A stretch of DNA of 64,000 nucleotides from Eledone cirrhosa (GCA_964016885.1 OZ024742.1:193626001-193690000); one strand, 5' to 3'; counted from the stretch's first letter, positions 13,691 to 26,595 are shown. The notes: generated by a model not told the origin, from the sequence alone. Program-made: numbers and translations.

Positions 13691-14332
13691 AATTTGTAGA
13701 TTCAAATATTATCATCCAAAATTGAAAATGTTTTCAGAACATCGTTAATTTATCGAAATTATATAATTTATCATACAAGTTATCATGTTTGCTCAATTGT
13801 AAGGGAAAAGTTAACTCCAATATTATCCAATAAGTTTGATGAATGATTTTCTTAGAAAGTATGTAGAGAAAATCATATATTATTTTGTGTGAGATTATAA
13901 TATATTTTATATTACATGTTTTTCAAGGATGACAATTTCTATTACATATTATCTACGTCGAAAGATGTGTGAAAATTTGAAGATTAAAGAGAGTAAACAT
14001 GTATGATTAGATAAGTTGAGAGTACATTTTAAAGAACTATCGTAACATTTAGAAGAACTATCGTTCAGGATGTCAATTAAAATATATAACCCTAAAAAAA
14101 TAGATTAAGAAGAGTATCATTAGGAAAAGAATATCAAAATGGTAAAAATACTAAATTTAAGAAGGAAGATCATTTTAAAAATTTAAATTTTTAAGAGAAA
14201 ATCTCAGGATCTTAATAATTTGAAATATTTGACTTTTCCTCTCTTTCCGCTCTTTCTTTTTACTATCCAGGAAACACTTGAACCGTTAAGATCTTCTTCC
14301 TGGGTATGTCAATATTTATAAAACAAACTTTG

Positions 14333-14393
14333 TATTTTATCTGATGAAAGCATACCAAAATGTTGGTACCCTTGAAATATATATAATAGAATA
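14333..14393 (+). ncRNA. Type I hammerhead ribozyme motif
   Basis: UAUUUUAU-CUGAUGA-AAG..ACCAA/UUGGU..CUU-GAAA-UAUAUA-UA-AUAGAAUA. Confidence 0.6.
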
Positions 14394-14674
14394 AATATGG
14401 TTTCATAAATATAGGTTCCATTTATTAATATCATTGATATTATACTCCAGAAAACTTGTCGAGTGCTTCGAATCAGTTATAAACATATATATAAACATAT
14501 ATTTGACAATATATGAACAACGGTCAGGTTGTGAAACCAACCAACCAACCGGAAATTTATAAATTCTTAAATTTATGAATTTAATTTATAATAAATTGGA
14601 GTGAAAGCAGCTGGTGCGTGTGTTTCTTCTTGGCAATATGACCCTCCCAAAGCATAACAATATATATATATATA

Positions 14675-15432
14675 CTAGCAGTGGTACCCGGCGTTGCACA
14701 GGATAAGGTAGTTTGGAACGCGGGCCGCCAACAGACCTAATCGTGGAAAAACTGCATGCCTGGAAAATATGTAAAGAAAATAAATTGAATATTCCGATGG
14801 CTGGATAATATAAGATTTTCCTCGATGAAGCAGGAAAAAGGAAGGTGTTCACCTAATGCGGGACCTAGGGAATCAAGAAAATGAATTTTTTTATGTGCAT
14901 AATATGCTTTGAATTTTCGGGAAAATCGGCTAAACGTAACGCCTCAAAAAATCCCTAAAAAGCTGAAAAAATGAAGTTTTTCACCTAATGCGGGCCCTAG
15001 GCCATACAAAGTTGGATTTTCTTTGCTCACGGTATGAAGAAGAGACTGACTAATAAATAGTTACAATTTCAAGGAAATCGGTCTGACGTAACGCCTAAAA
15101 AAACCCATAAAATGCTGAAAAAACGCAGTTCTCACCTAATGCGGGCCCTAGGGCATCAAAAAGTTGATTTTTTTAATATGCATAACACTCCCTGAAACGT
15201 AAGTAATATACATATAAGTTTGAAAAATATCGGTTGAGTACTTCTCGGATTTCACCCTCACACACACGCATACACACACACACACGCACACACATACACA
15301 CATACATACATGCATACATACATACACACATACATACATACATACATACATACATACATACATACATACATACATACATACATACATACATACATACATC
15401 CTACATCCGTTTTATATATATACATATATAGA
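14675..15432 (-). mobile_element. Non-autonomous Helitron-like element
   Basis: Minus strand starts TC-TATAT, carries a (TATG)n microsatellite and three ~135-150-bp internal subrepeats (CACCTAATGCGGG), and ends GCAACGCCGGGTACCACTGCTAG. Confidence 0.65.
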
Positions 15433-16145
15433 TTAAAATAACAGAGTAAAGTTTAAGCAAAGAATCGGTGCTTTCACCCTTAATGGGATCTTCTGAAACA
15501 CATCAATCTGTGAACGCAGAAGTAAATATTTCGAAAAACGTTGCAACCGAAGGAAAACAGGAAGACGATACTTTGGTTCGTGAAGATGTTCCCTGGCAAT
15601 GAACGGATAATAGAGAACATAATACGTCATCAATGTTCATCAGAATGTCGTAATGCAGACAGCCAGGCATACAGAGAGATATTATAAGAGCGCGACGGAG
15701 ATGGATAACCGGCGCCTAACACCCTTTAACAACAGAAAATTGAAATATAAAAGCGACAGTTAATATCTTAGGACCGCAAGGAATATATAAATGCATTTTT
15801 AAAGTTAATCGGAGTAGAAATGTGGATTTGTATAGACTTTGCAAAAATGAGATTTACAAAAATGTAAGATTTGGCTTCGTTTATTATAAATTATAGATAC
15901 ACTGCTGTATATATATATTTCGGTGACAGCTATCATTAGTTGAGACCCCTTCAGGCAGTCCGAATTGGTGTGGGAAAGACAGGTACACATGTTGTTGAAG
16001 TGTGTTTTACTCCGTCAATACATCGATATGTCCAGCTCCTGGTTGTGTTGTTATTCCTCTGAGGAACTGGAATCATATGCAACCTTCGTACTTTGTCGAG
16101 TGCTCCAATCTGCATACTGAGGTGTCGGTAAACAAAATGTATATG

Positions 16146-16188
<43 letters not shown>

Positions 16189-18974
16189 GATTAATAAATA
16201 GGTAGGGGAGTAGAATTTACAACATGCGGATATTTGTAGGTTTAAATAGAGTTCGTATATAGTATGGAAATACCATTCGTACGACTGGTTTCTAACCTAT
16301 TTCAATCCTTCACATATACTGTTCCAAACAGATTTTAACCAATTAATCACATCTGCTGATAGTGTTGTTACATATATGAGGAGAAAGTATCATTTAAGAA
16401 TTTTTTCATATGAGTGTCTGTTGCAGCGTATCAGAATGTATGAACTACGAATCGCACCAAAATCGAGTGACAGGTCATTTTCTGAAAGGCTTGAGCAACA
16501 GTCGAATGGCTTCATCAAATAGAAATCTCTTTGCGTGGTACCAACAATGTCAGTGCTTATATAATGGCAATGACGATATATTAAAATAAAATCTTCGTGT
16601 AACGTTATCAAAGATTGTACCACGCCAATCCAATACCATTTTCAATTACATTATCAATATATATCCGGCACTGATAAGAGCTTCCGGGAGCGTATAAAAC
16701 CTGTATACGAGAACAAATGTCGCAGTCGGAAATTAGATTACTAATTATTCAATCATATTATCTGCATTATAATATTTCAAGCGCTGATTTTACTTGTATA
16801 ATAGGCGATTCTATACGATGTGTTTCTTATCTATATTCATGAATATTTTCTGGTATTATCTTTAGACAAATACAAATAATTTATATAATTATTTTTTATC
16901 GTGCTTGTGCTGACATTATATATTCACCGAACTAGTAAAACTGCAAAGTTCTAAATTATGGAAATAAATTTAAATTATCAATTGCACAATACATATTATG
17001 TTTTGTATTCTTATAAAAGCAAAAGGAAAGAATAAATGCAACAATTTGAATTTGAAACGTATTTGCATTTGATTTAATATGCGTTGTCCGCAAATAAATA
17101 AAGACATTCTTTTCAGGAATTTGAATCTACATAGAAAATAAACTTAGATGAACAGATGTGAATTGTTAGTATACTTCGGTTGGCAGGTACACAGTTATGA
17201 ATCATCTATTTGCATAAGTAGTAATAATATACCAACTTGCATCACCAAGGACATGTCACTATCACATTTGGTCGTTTTATAAACATTTAGCTAAATATTT
17301 CTATGTTGATTGACTAAGATATAATCATATTCTGATATATAGGCATATTCCTTAAAGAATTTTTAAAATCATACGTAACTATATTAATATTCTTCGATGC
17401 GGAAGGATGTGTTAAGATGGTGTGTTTAAAGTCAAAGATAACTCACAAGGACAGGGGAGAAGACACTTAAAAGGAAAGAAAAGTAAAAAAAAACTATGAA
17501 GAAAAAGTAAAGGCATGGGGTTGACAAAATATATGCAACATGAACAATTGATGACGAGTGATGATGTTTGTGCCGAATAGAGATAAACAGATTTCGATAT
17601 TTCCCAAATAATCATTTATTAAATCAGAGGAAGGAAAACAATAAGAAATAAAGAAATATATATATATGTATAAAGAAAATGTTCGCTCTACATGGCTGAA
17701 TACAATAAATGTAATCTGAGTTTTTCGAATATTAATAATAACATTCGATTCGTTTACAATTATACAAACAAGCCTGTGCACATGCCAACACAAGAGCAAG
17801 AATGAAGGATTCATTCTACTGACCTGGCTATACAATTGAGGCTTCTTTGCATAATTGCAAATGAATCGAATGTTATCTATATATAGACTTTGTCTGCCTG
17901 TGTGTGTGTATGATTTTTATGCATTTCCAGATTTCTCTACAGATTTTGATGATTTTTTTCCAATGTGCTCCAAATTTACCTTGGTGGGTCAACGCGTAGT
18001 AGACTTTGCCAAAACTTTCCTGCTTCTGAAGAAAAATCGATAAAACTAAATACATGCTGTAACCCTCTCTATTAAACGCTTAATTCCTCTCACTACTACA
18101 CTAAAAAGATCTATGAAACTACATACATGTTGCAACTCTCTCTCTATATATATATCACACACACACATATACATCTAAAGAGAGACAGGGAGATGTAGAG
18201 AGAGAGAGTGAGATAGGTCGTTATACAGAGAGAGGTACAAGATAATCAGATAGAGAGATAACGAGAGAGAATGGCGACGAACGCTGGTTCACACACACAC
18301 ACACACACACAAACACATATATATATATAAAGACAGAGCGAGAGAGAGAGAGAGATTTGCGCGTCCGTTATTGTTCTCCATTCTTTAGAGGAAGAGAGAG
18401 AGGGGGTTTGAATGAGAGAGAGAGAAAGAAAGAGAGAGAGAGAGGGTATGAGAAAAAGGGGCAGGGGTTGAGAAAGAAAGAAAGTTTAAGCAAAGAATCG
18501 CTGCTTTCAACATTAGCGGGATCTTCTTAAACTAAAAAATTCAAACTGTGAACGCAGAATTAAGTATTTCGAGAAACGTTGCAACCGAAGGAAAACAGGA
18601 AGACGATATTTTGGTTCGTGAAGACGTTCCGTGGTAATGAACGGAAAAAAAGTGAGGATAATACCTCGTTATGTGGACCGAGAAGAACAATTTCATGCAA
18701 AGACGAGACCAAGTTTATGGTATAAATTTAGTCGTTAGACTAATATTCTATTTAAAATAACCGAATGATTTCCAGCCTCGGAGTGTAAGAATGATGTAAA
18801 TAAAATCGTAAACGAAAATGACAGAGGTTATTAAAATAATTGTTTCTACTTTTGGCACGAGGCCAGGAATTACACAGTACATTACTGGTACTTTATATTA
18901 TCAACCCCGTAAGGATGAAAGGCAAAATTAACCTCGACGGGATTTTAACTTTGCCTTAAAATAGTAAAAGTAAA

Positions 18975-19882
18975 TAGTGAAGATGTAGGCCAGTACATAC
19001 GTTGCGCCGACGGACATACGCGCGTGTGTGTCAGTAAACTTTATGCATTTCTACAGTATTTTCACCAAACTTAATACATAGGTTACTTATGTACTCCGGA
19101 TGGTCATGGGCACTTTCATTTTCCCCAGATATTGAATATGAGGCCTCTCGGCAGATAAACTCCTTTCACCACTTCCTTGGAGTCGACTGAAGCACTGCAG
19201 TGCAGTGCAACAAAACGTCATAAACTCTGGTGTTCGCAACCGATTTTCACAAAACCTGACACATGGGCTACGTTTGTTCTACAGATGAATGTGAACGGAA
19301 CTTAACATTGTAACTTTAACACAGCTACTGAGCAGCCCCGAGCAACGCCGGGCTTTACTGCTCTAGGCGATAAAGTTCTGCAGACAGACAGTCGTGCAGA
19401 GAGGTGATATAGGCGATAAGTTGGGCAGACAGACAGTCGGGCTGATAGACGATGAAGGCTTGCAGACAGACTGTCGTGCAGACAGACAGTCGTGCAGAGA
19501 GGTGATAGGTGATGAAATTGCATTTTTTTTGTTTTGTTTTTCATGTCCATCTAATTTCCTAGTTTCAAAATAACTGATAGTTTGGTTAGGCTGATGTTTT
19601 TTTCCTGAGACATGTGTTGCAGTGTTTACATTTTCGATTTTTGTTAATAGATTACCAGTGCAGTTTTTATCCCCACCATCCTCTTTTGTTTTAATATTCG
19701 AGTTATGGTTATGTTTTCTTAACTTCATAAGGCATACTGTTGGTTGAGGGAATATTAATCAAAAGTACCACATGAAATTCTACACTGTAGACTCTACAGT
19801 TTTTAAACCAAGAAAGGAACTTAACATTGTAACTTTAACCAGGTACTGGGCAGCCCCAAGCAACGCCGGGCTTTACTGCTAG
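18975..19882 (+). mobile_element. Helitron-like element with two tandem 3' termini
   Basis: GGAACTTAACATTGTAACTTTAAC...GCAACGCCGGGCTTTACTGCT(CT)AG occurs at 19297-19366 and 19816-19882. Confidence 0.6.
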
Positions 19883-19932
19883 TTATTAATATTCGAAAAA
19901 CTCAGATTACATTTATTATATATATATATATA

Positions 19933-20146
<214 letters not shown>

Positions 20147-21292
20147 AAAATATCTGTGGAAAAGGAAAGCGGAAAGCAGTGTTCAATTTGGTGTGAGAGC
20201 TGATTGATATATTATATTATTTATTTATGTTCATACATAGAACAAATATCGCTACCTTAGGTTTCAAGGACCAGTTATGGCAATCTATCCGGATTGCACT
20301 CAGAGTTGCAGAATGGATGGAAGGAGCGATCAGATTCGTGATGTTGTCATCAGGCGCTGAAGAAAAAGCTTTTAAATCCTAAAGGTTTCACTCAGGAAGA
20401 TTAGCTTCTCTTGGTACCATTTCATTGTCAGGCTCATTTTGCCAAAGACGTTCTGGTTGTCATGTCAGAGTTGCTAAAAAAGTGGAGATGCGAATAAAAC
20501 AATCTTGCATCATACACATGTATTTCGTTAACTTGAGAGTTTGTTGTGTGGTGTGTGTAATTTCTGCCTCATACACAATCGATCAGTGCTCCTTAATCCT
20601 ACAAATGTTGTCTGGATTTATGTCGGGCTGATTCTCTGCAGTAATCTTTTATCGCATAGGTGGGCCACTGGAATAGGATATCTTGACGTAATTCTAATTG
20701 AATATTTTACTATATCAATGTTGTGTAGTAGGGGGAGATATCGATTAGATTGCATAAAACATTTTGCCTACATTTACAATACATAAACAACTTTCACCTT
20801 CATAAAATTAGGCGGGGGTCATGACCCTATCTTATTACATTTCAATATTTTGTTACATTTATGGTATGGATTATATGTAGCTGTAGTTCGGTGTAAGTAA
20901 TGTCACGAAATTTGCATTAATGAAGTTTGTATCTATCTTTATCTAAAATTCTTGTTTACGGATATTGTCGACTAGATGTTTACGCAATCTGTCTATGCTG
21001 TGAGCATCGGTGAAAATTTTAAATGAAAGTCCATTGTCCCGGTATAAACCAGTGGAGGGGAAACCTAGACTTCAGTGTGTATGAAGGAGGTTTAAGCCGG
21101 TTGAGTTACGAATATCAGCACAGTCATGGGACCCCAATTGAGACGTCAAAACAGTCTTCTCGTCATATGATTTTACCTTTGAATCACAGTTACTAAATAG
21201 GAGTTCTTCAATTGTGGAATATTAGTTCTCATTCCTGGTTGCTGGTGTACACGAAAGAACGAAATAAGTCTAAAATATTAATATGAAGTGTA

Positions 21293-21706
21293 CTAAACAT
21301 GGAGGGGCATAAGCCATTGAAAACCGTTTGATTTTAGCTCTTTTCTTAGCGGGTATATCTGTGAACCAGGATATGATAGGTATTTTATTCCACAGTGAGA
21401 GGTTAGTGTTTTTAAAAATGTGTGTATTATTTTCTCTTTATTTTTGTTACTAGCTAGTGCTATCTCGGTCCTTGCAGGATTTATCAATCTACCACTAGGC
21501 TTTGTATACTCAGGTTTGTGATCCTTCAGTGTACTGAAATCATCACCTTTAGCTAAGCGTTCTACACTAGCGTCGATCTTAAAATTTCTGCCAATTATAT
21601 TATAGCTGTTAAGATTGGCTTCCAGGTATTTATTGCTTATGCTATTATGGAGAAGCTGGTTATAGTTTTCTATATCTATATCATAAAGTTGTTTTTGCCT
21701 TATCAT
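21293..21706 (-). pseudogene. Penelope-like (Naiad-type) reverse transcriptase N-terminal fragment
   Basis: TLKDHKP..P..RLINPARTEIALAS matches the PLE RT motif TLKDHKxxFxxxPxxRLINPAKxEIG. Confidence 0.75.
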
Positions 21707-22200
21707 AAAACAAAGACATTTTTAGATTATTTAAATGTTTTACAACCACATAACACCATATATCTGCTATACTGAGCACACAGAAGCACAATTAAATACA
21801 CATTTCTATAAATATTTCTACAATATATAACAAACAGACACAGATATGTATATCTTCAGGAGTTATTTTCCTCTCTTATAATACGTGAATAAATATAACA
21901 TAAAGGAACGTTGAACACACTATCATTTTAACAGTATCCTCAAACCCGTTCAAGCATCTGATGACTATGTCACGAATTTGGTCGCCCCTGCCATCACTTC
22001 TGTGGACAGTCTGAGGAGGTGGCGATCATTGGGTCTTGAAGCCTAAGGTAGCATTTTTAAAAATCTATATGAAGTTAAATGACATAGACACATACATATA
22101 CATACACATATACACATACATATATGAAAGTGTAGTACAGCTTATTCATATCAACTACCAACATGAGCACTGAAAATAATCATATTAGTAAGTCTCTTTC

Positions 22201-22242
<42 letters not shown>

Positions 22243-22458
22243 GTTAAAAATGTACATCCACATATGTATACTGAAATACTAGTATGCATATGAATACACA
22301 CACGTATACATATGTAGATGTACCGATTTTTTTCACTGGTCACTTTACTGTGAGTGTCCAGCTATTCTGTATGTAAACACACAGACAAACCGGTTTTTAG
22401 AGTCATACTGGTTTTTGAGGAAACACCTTTCCTCTATTCTCCAGAAAGCCAGACAAGG

Positions 22459-22503
22459 AATATTGAACTAGTTTCGTTGTTGTTACAACTCATCAGCAAT
22501 ATT
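22459..22503 (-). ncRNA. Minimal type I hammerhead ribozyme (unit 1)
   Basis: AAUAUUG-CUGAUGA-GUUGU(AACA)ACAAC-GAAA-C(UA)G-UU^CAAUAUU; stem I 7 bp, stem II 5 bp, palindromic stem III AACUAGUU. Confidence 0.85.
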
Positions 22504-22925
22504 TACCTATCTCCCGGCCTTTCTAGAGAATCGTAAAAGCACATATCGTTATATGCTTTTTCTGTGAAAATTAGTAGTGGGCAGACTAATTTGCATAGAG
22601 TGTGAGTACGTACCGGTTCAACGGAGACGATAAAAACAAATAACGAAACGAAATTAAATTTCGTTTCGTTTGTAACTCACTTTTGTATGACTGACGCTTA
22701 AACAATTAAGTTAAAAATGTGCATCCACATATGTATACTGAAATACTAGTATGCATATGAATACACACACGTATACATATGTAGATGTACCGATTTTTTT
22801 CACTGGTCACTTTACTGTGAGTGTCCAGCTATTCTGTATGTAAACACACAGACAAAGCGGTTTTTAGAGTCATACTGGTTTTTGAGGAAACACCTTTCCT
22901 CTATTCTTCAGAAAGCCAGACAAGG

Positions 22926-22970
22926 AATATTGAACTAGTTTCGTTGTTGTTACAACTCATCAGCAATATT
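22926..22970 (-). ncRNA. Hammerhead ribozyme (unit 2)
   Basis: Identical to 22459-22503. Confidence 0.85.
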
Positions 22971-23391
22971 TACCTATCTCCCGGCCTTTCTAGAGAATCG
23001 TAAAAGCACATATCGTTATATGCTTTTTCTGTGAAAATTAGTAGTGGGCAGACTAATTTGCATAGAGTGTGAGTACGTACCGGTTCAACGGAGACGATAA
23101 AAACAAATAACGAAACGAAATTAAATTTCGTTTCGTTTGTAACTCACTTTTGTATGACTGACGCTTAAACAATTAAGTTAAAAATGTACATCCACATATG
23201 TATACTGAAATACTAGTATGCATATGAATACACACACGTATACATATGTAGATGTACCGATTTTTTCACTGGTCACTTTACTGTGAGTGTCCAGCTATTC
23301 TGTATGTAAACACACAGACAAACCGGTTTTTAGAGTCATACTGGTTTTTGAGGAAACACCTTTCCTCTATTCTCCAGAAAGCCAGACAAGG

Positions 23392-23436
23392 AATATTGAA
23401 CTAGTTTCGTTGTTGTTACAACTCATCAGCAATATT
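23392..23436 (-). ncRNA. Hammerhead ribozyme (unit 3)
   Basis: Identical to 22459-22503. Confidence 0.85.
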
Positions 23437-23858
23437 TACCTATCTCCCGGCCTTTCTAGAGAATCGTAAAAGCACATATCGTTATATGCTTTTTCTGTGA
23501 AAATTAGTAGTGGGCAGACTAATTTGCATAGAGTGTGAGTACGTACCGGTTCAACGGAGACGATAAAAACAAATAACGAAACGAAATTAAATTTCGTTTC
23601 GTTTGTAACTCACTTTTGTATGACTGACGCTTAAACAATTAAGTTAAAAATGTACATCCACATATGTATACTGAAATACTAGTATGCATATGAATACACA
23701 CACGTATACATATGTAGATGTACCGATTTTTTTCACTGGTCACTTTACTGTGAGTGTCCAGCTATTCTGTATCTAAACACACAGACAAAGCGGTTTTTAG
23801 AGTCATACTGGTTTTTGAGGAAACACCTTTCCTCTATTCTCCAGAAAGCCAGACAAGG

Positions 23859-23903
23859 AATATTGAACTAGTTTCGTTGTTGTTACAACTCATCAGCAAT
23901 ATT
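23859..23903 (-). ncRNA. Hammerhead ribozyme (unit 4)
   Basis: Identical to 22459-22503. Confidence 0.85.
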
Positions 23904-24324
23904 TACCTATCTCCCGGCCTTTCTAGAGAATCGTAAAAGCACATATCGTTATATTCTTTTTCTGTGAAAATTAGTAGTGCGCAGACTAATTTGCATAGAG
24001 TGTGAGTACGTACCGGTTCAACGGAGACGATAAAAACAAATAACGAAACGAAATTAAATTTCGTTTCGTTTGTAACTCACTTTTGTATGACTGACGCTTA
24101 AACAATTAAGTTAAAAATGTACATCCACATATGTATACTGAAATACTAGTATGCATATGAATACACACACGTATACATATGTAGATGTACCGATTTTTTC
24201 ACTGGTCACTTTACTGTGAGTGTCCAGCTATTCTGTATGTAAACACACAGACAAACCGGTTTTTAGAGTCATACTGGTTTTTGAGGAAACACCTTTCCTC
24301 TATTCTTCAGAAAGCCAGACAAGG

Positions 24325-24369
24325 AATATTGAACTAGTTTCGTTGTTGTTACAACTCATCAGCAATATT
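24325..24369 (-). ncRNA. Hammerhead ribozyme (unit 5)
   Basis: Identical to 22459-22503. Confidence 0.85.
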
Positions 24370-24790
24370 TACCTATCTCCCGGCCTTTCTAGATAATCGT
24401 AAAAGCACATATCGTTATATGCTTTTTCTGTGAAAATTAGTAGTGGGCAGACTAATTTGCATAGAGTGTGAGTACGTACCGGTTCAACGGAGACGATAAA
24501 AACAAATAACGAAACGAAATTAAATTTCGTTTCGTTTGTAACTCACTTTTGTATGACTGACGCTTAAACAATTAAGTTAAAAATGTACATCCACATATGT
24601 ATACTGAAATACTAGTATGCATATGAATACACACACGTATACATATGTAGATGTACCGATTTTTTCACTGGTCACTTTACTGTGAGTGTCCAGCTATTCT
24701 GTATCTAAACACACAGACAAAGCGGTTTTTAGAGTCATACTGGTTTTTGAGGAAACACCTTTCCTCTATTCTTCAGAAAGCCAGACAAGG

Positions 24791-24835
24791 AATATTGAAC
24801 TAGTTTCGTTGTTGTTACAACTCATCAGCAATATT
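24791..24835 (-). ncRNA. Hammerhead ribozyme (unit 6)
   Basis: Identical to 22459-22503. Confidence 0.85.
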
Positions 24836-25257
24836 TACCTATCTCCCGGCCTTTCTAGAGAATCGTAAAAGCACATATCGTTATATTCTTTTTCTGTGAA
24901 AATTAGTAGTGCGCAGACTAATTTGCATAGAGTGTGAGTACGTACCGGTTCAACGGAGACGATAAAAACAAATAACGAAACGAAATTAAATTTCGTTTCG
25001 TTTGTAACTCACTTTTGTATGACTGACGCTTAAACAATTAAGTTAAAAATGTACATCCACATATGTATACTGAAATACTAGTATGCATATGAATACACAC
25101 ACGTATACATATGTAGATGTACCGATTTTTTTCACTGGTCACTTTACTGTGAGTGTCCAGCTATTCTGTATGTAAACACACAGACAAACCGGATTTTAGA
25201 GTCATACTGGTTTTTGAGGAAACACCTTTCCTCTATTCTCCAGAAAGCCAGACAAGG

Positions 25258-25302
25258 AATATTGAACTAGTTTCGTTGTTGTTACAACTCATCAGCAATA
25301 TT
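25258..25302 (-). ncRNA. Hammerhead ribozyme (unit 7)
   Basis: Identical to 22459-22503. Confidence 0.85.
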
Positions 25303-25723
25303 TACCTATCTCCCGGCCTTTCTAGAGAATCGTAAAAGCACATATCGTTATATGCTTTTTCTGTGAAAATTAGTAGTGGGCAGACTAATTTGCATAGAGT
25401 GTGAGTACGTACCGGTTCAACGGAGACGATAAAAACAAATAACGAAACGAAATTAAATTTCGTTTCGTTTGTAACTCACTTTTGTATGACTGACGCTTAA
25501 ACAATTAAGTTAAAAATGTACATCCACATATGTATACTGAAATACTAGTATGCATATGAATACACACACGTATACATATGTAGATGTACCGATTTTTTCA
25601 CTGGTCACTTTACTGTGAGTGTCCAGCTATTCTGTATGTAAACACACAGACAAACCGGTTTTTAGAGTCATACTGGTTTTTGAGGAAACACCTTTCCTCT
25701 ATTCTCCAGAAAGCCAGACAAGG

Positions 25724-25768
25724 AATATTGAACTAGTTTCGTTGTTGTTACAACTCATCAGCAATATT
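25724..25768 (-). ncRNA. Hammerhead ribozyme (unit 8)
   Basis: Identical to 22459-22503. Confidence 0.85.
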
Positions 25769-25984
25769 TACCTATCTCCTGGCCTTTCTAGAGAATCGTA
25801 AAAGCACATATCGTTATATGCTTTTTCTGTGAAAATTAGTATTATTAATATTTATTTATTAATTCTATCGTGCAATGCCTTTGCATGAAGATATTTTTTT
25901 AAATGAGGAAAGACTGTGCACTGAGCCAATCCCACCCTCTGAGCGACAGTAGCTATAACCCGAAAAGAAGAAAATATCAACATC

Positions 25985-26411
25985 ATCGGTAACTACTTAG
26001 CCGCAGGTTTTATATCGGAGTTATCCCAGTTTCCTGAGTTGCATTCTCCTAGAAGAGTGCCCTGACAAAGGCTAGGGGTCCTTCACTCCCAGTGGTTTAA
26101 CCGTGCGATCGGGTGTCCAGCCCGATTATTTCTATGTCCCCGCGCATGTACATACACATGCACACATGTATATACACATATACATACATATGTACATGTG
26201 TATATACATATTTACACTCTTTTGGATGGCCGTTGACTCGTATGAGATCTTCCGCCCTTTGTCAGGTTTTGTTTTTTGTCCTGCAGGGTGTCCAAAGTCA
26301 CCCTCCTCACCTTAAACTTGGTGGGGTTGCCGGTTTAGTCGCCGACGACCCGACCATGCGACAGGTTGTACTGGGTTACATGTTACCAATAGCACTCAAG
26401 AATGAGCCGAC
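25985..26411 (-). mobile_element. Probable RTE-type 5' leader or non-autonomous derivative
   Basis: GC-richer island with CTAGGAGAATGCAACTC and GTCAACGGCCATCCA, resembling RTE 5' UTRs; recognised by eye only. Confidence 0.4.
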
Positions 26412-26414
26412 ATA

Positions 26415-26445
<31 letters not shown>

Positions 26446-26595
26446 CATACATACATACATACACGCACACATAGACACATACACAATTTTATATATATAT
26501 ACACAGACATATATATATATATACAGTACAAACATATACACAGATAAGTATCAACATACAAATACATACACAAACACACACACACACGCACACAT

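Larger units (their letters stand above)
12425..14440. mobile_element. Penelope-like element relic bounded by ~210-bp inverted terminal repeats containing hammerhead motifs
   Basis: 12425-12640 is the diverged reverse complement of 14208-14440; both contain CTGATGA...GAAA cores. Confidence 0.65.
22237..25841 (-). repeat. Tandem array of 466/467-bp units (~7.7 copies), each with a hammerhead ribozyme; retrozyme-like satellite
   Basis: Units start at 22237, 22704, 23171... and differ by a few substitutions and a T6/T7 run; the ribozyme-strand 3' end abuts (TA)n at 22203-22236. Confidence 0.92.

Noticed and set aside
21957-21985. CTGATGA at 21958 as a hammerhead
   Set aside because: Followed by CGAAT, not GAAA, and no stem I or stem III pairing.
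22354-25801. Repeated 60-aa ORF (MSSYSVCKH...) in each array unit
   Set aside because: GTG start, no recognisable domain and a premature stop in unit 5; it is simply antisense to the ribozyme strand.
22237-25841. CRISPR array or tandem snRNA/5S gene cluster
   Set aside because: No unique spacers or cas genes, eukaryotic context, and no recognisable snRNA, 5S or tRNA sequence in the unit.
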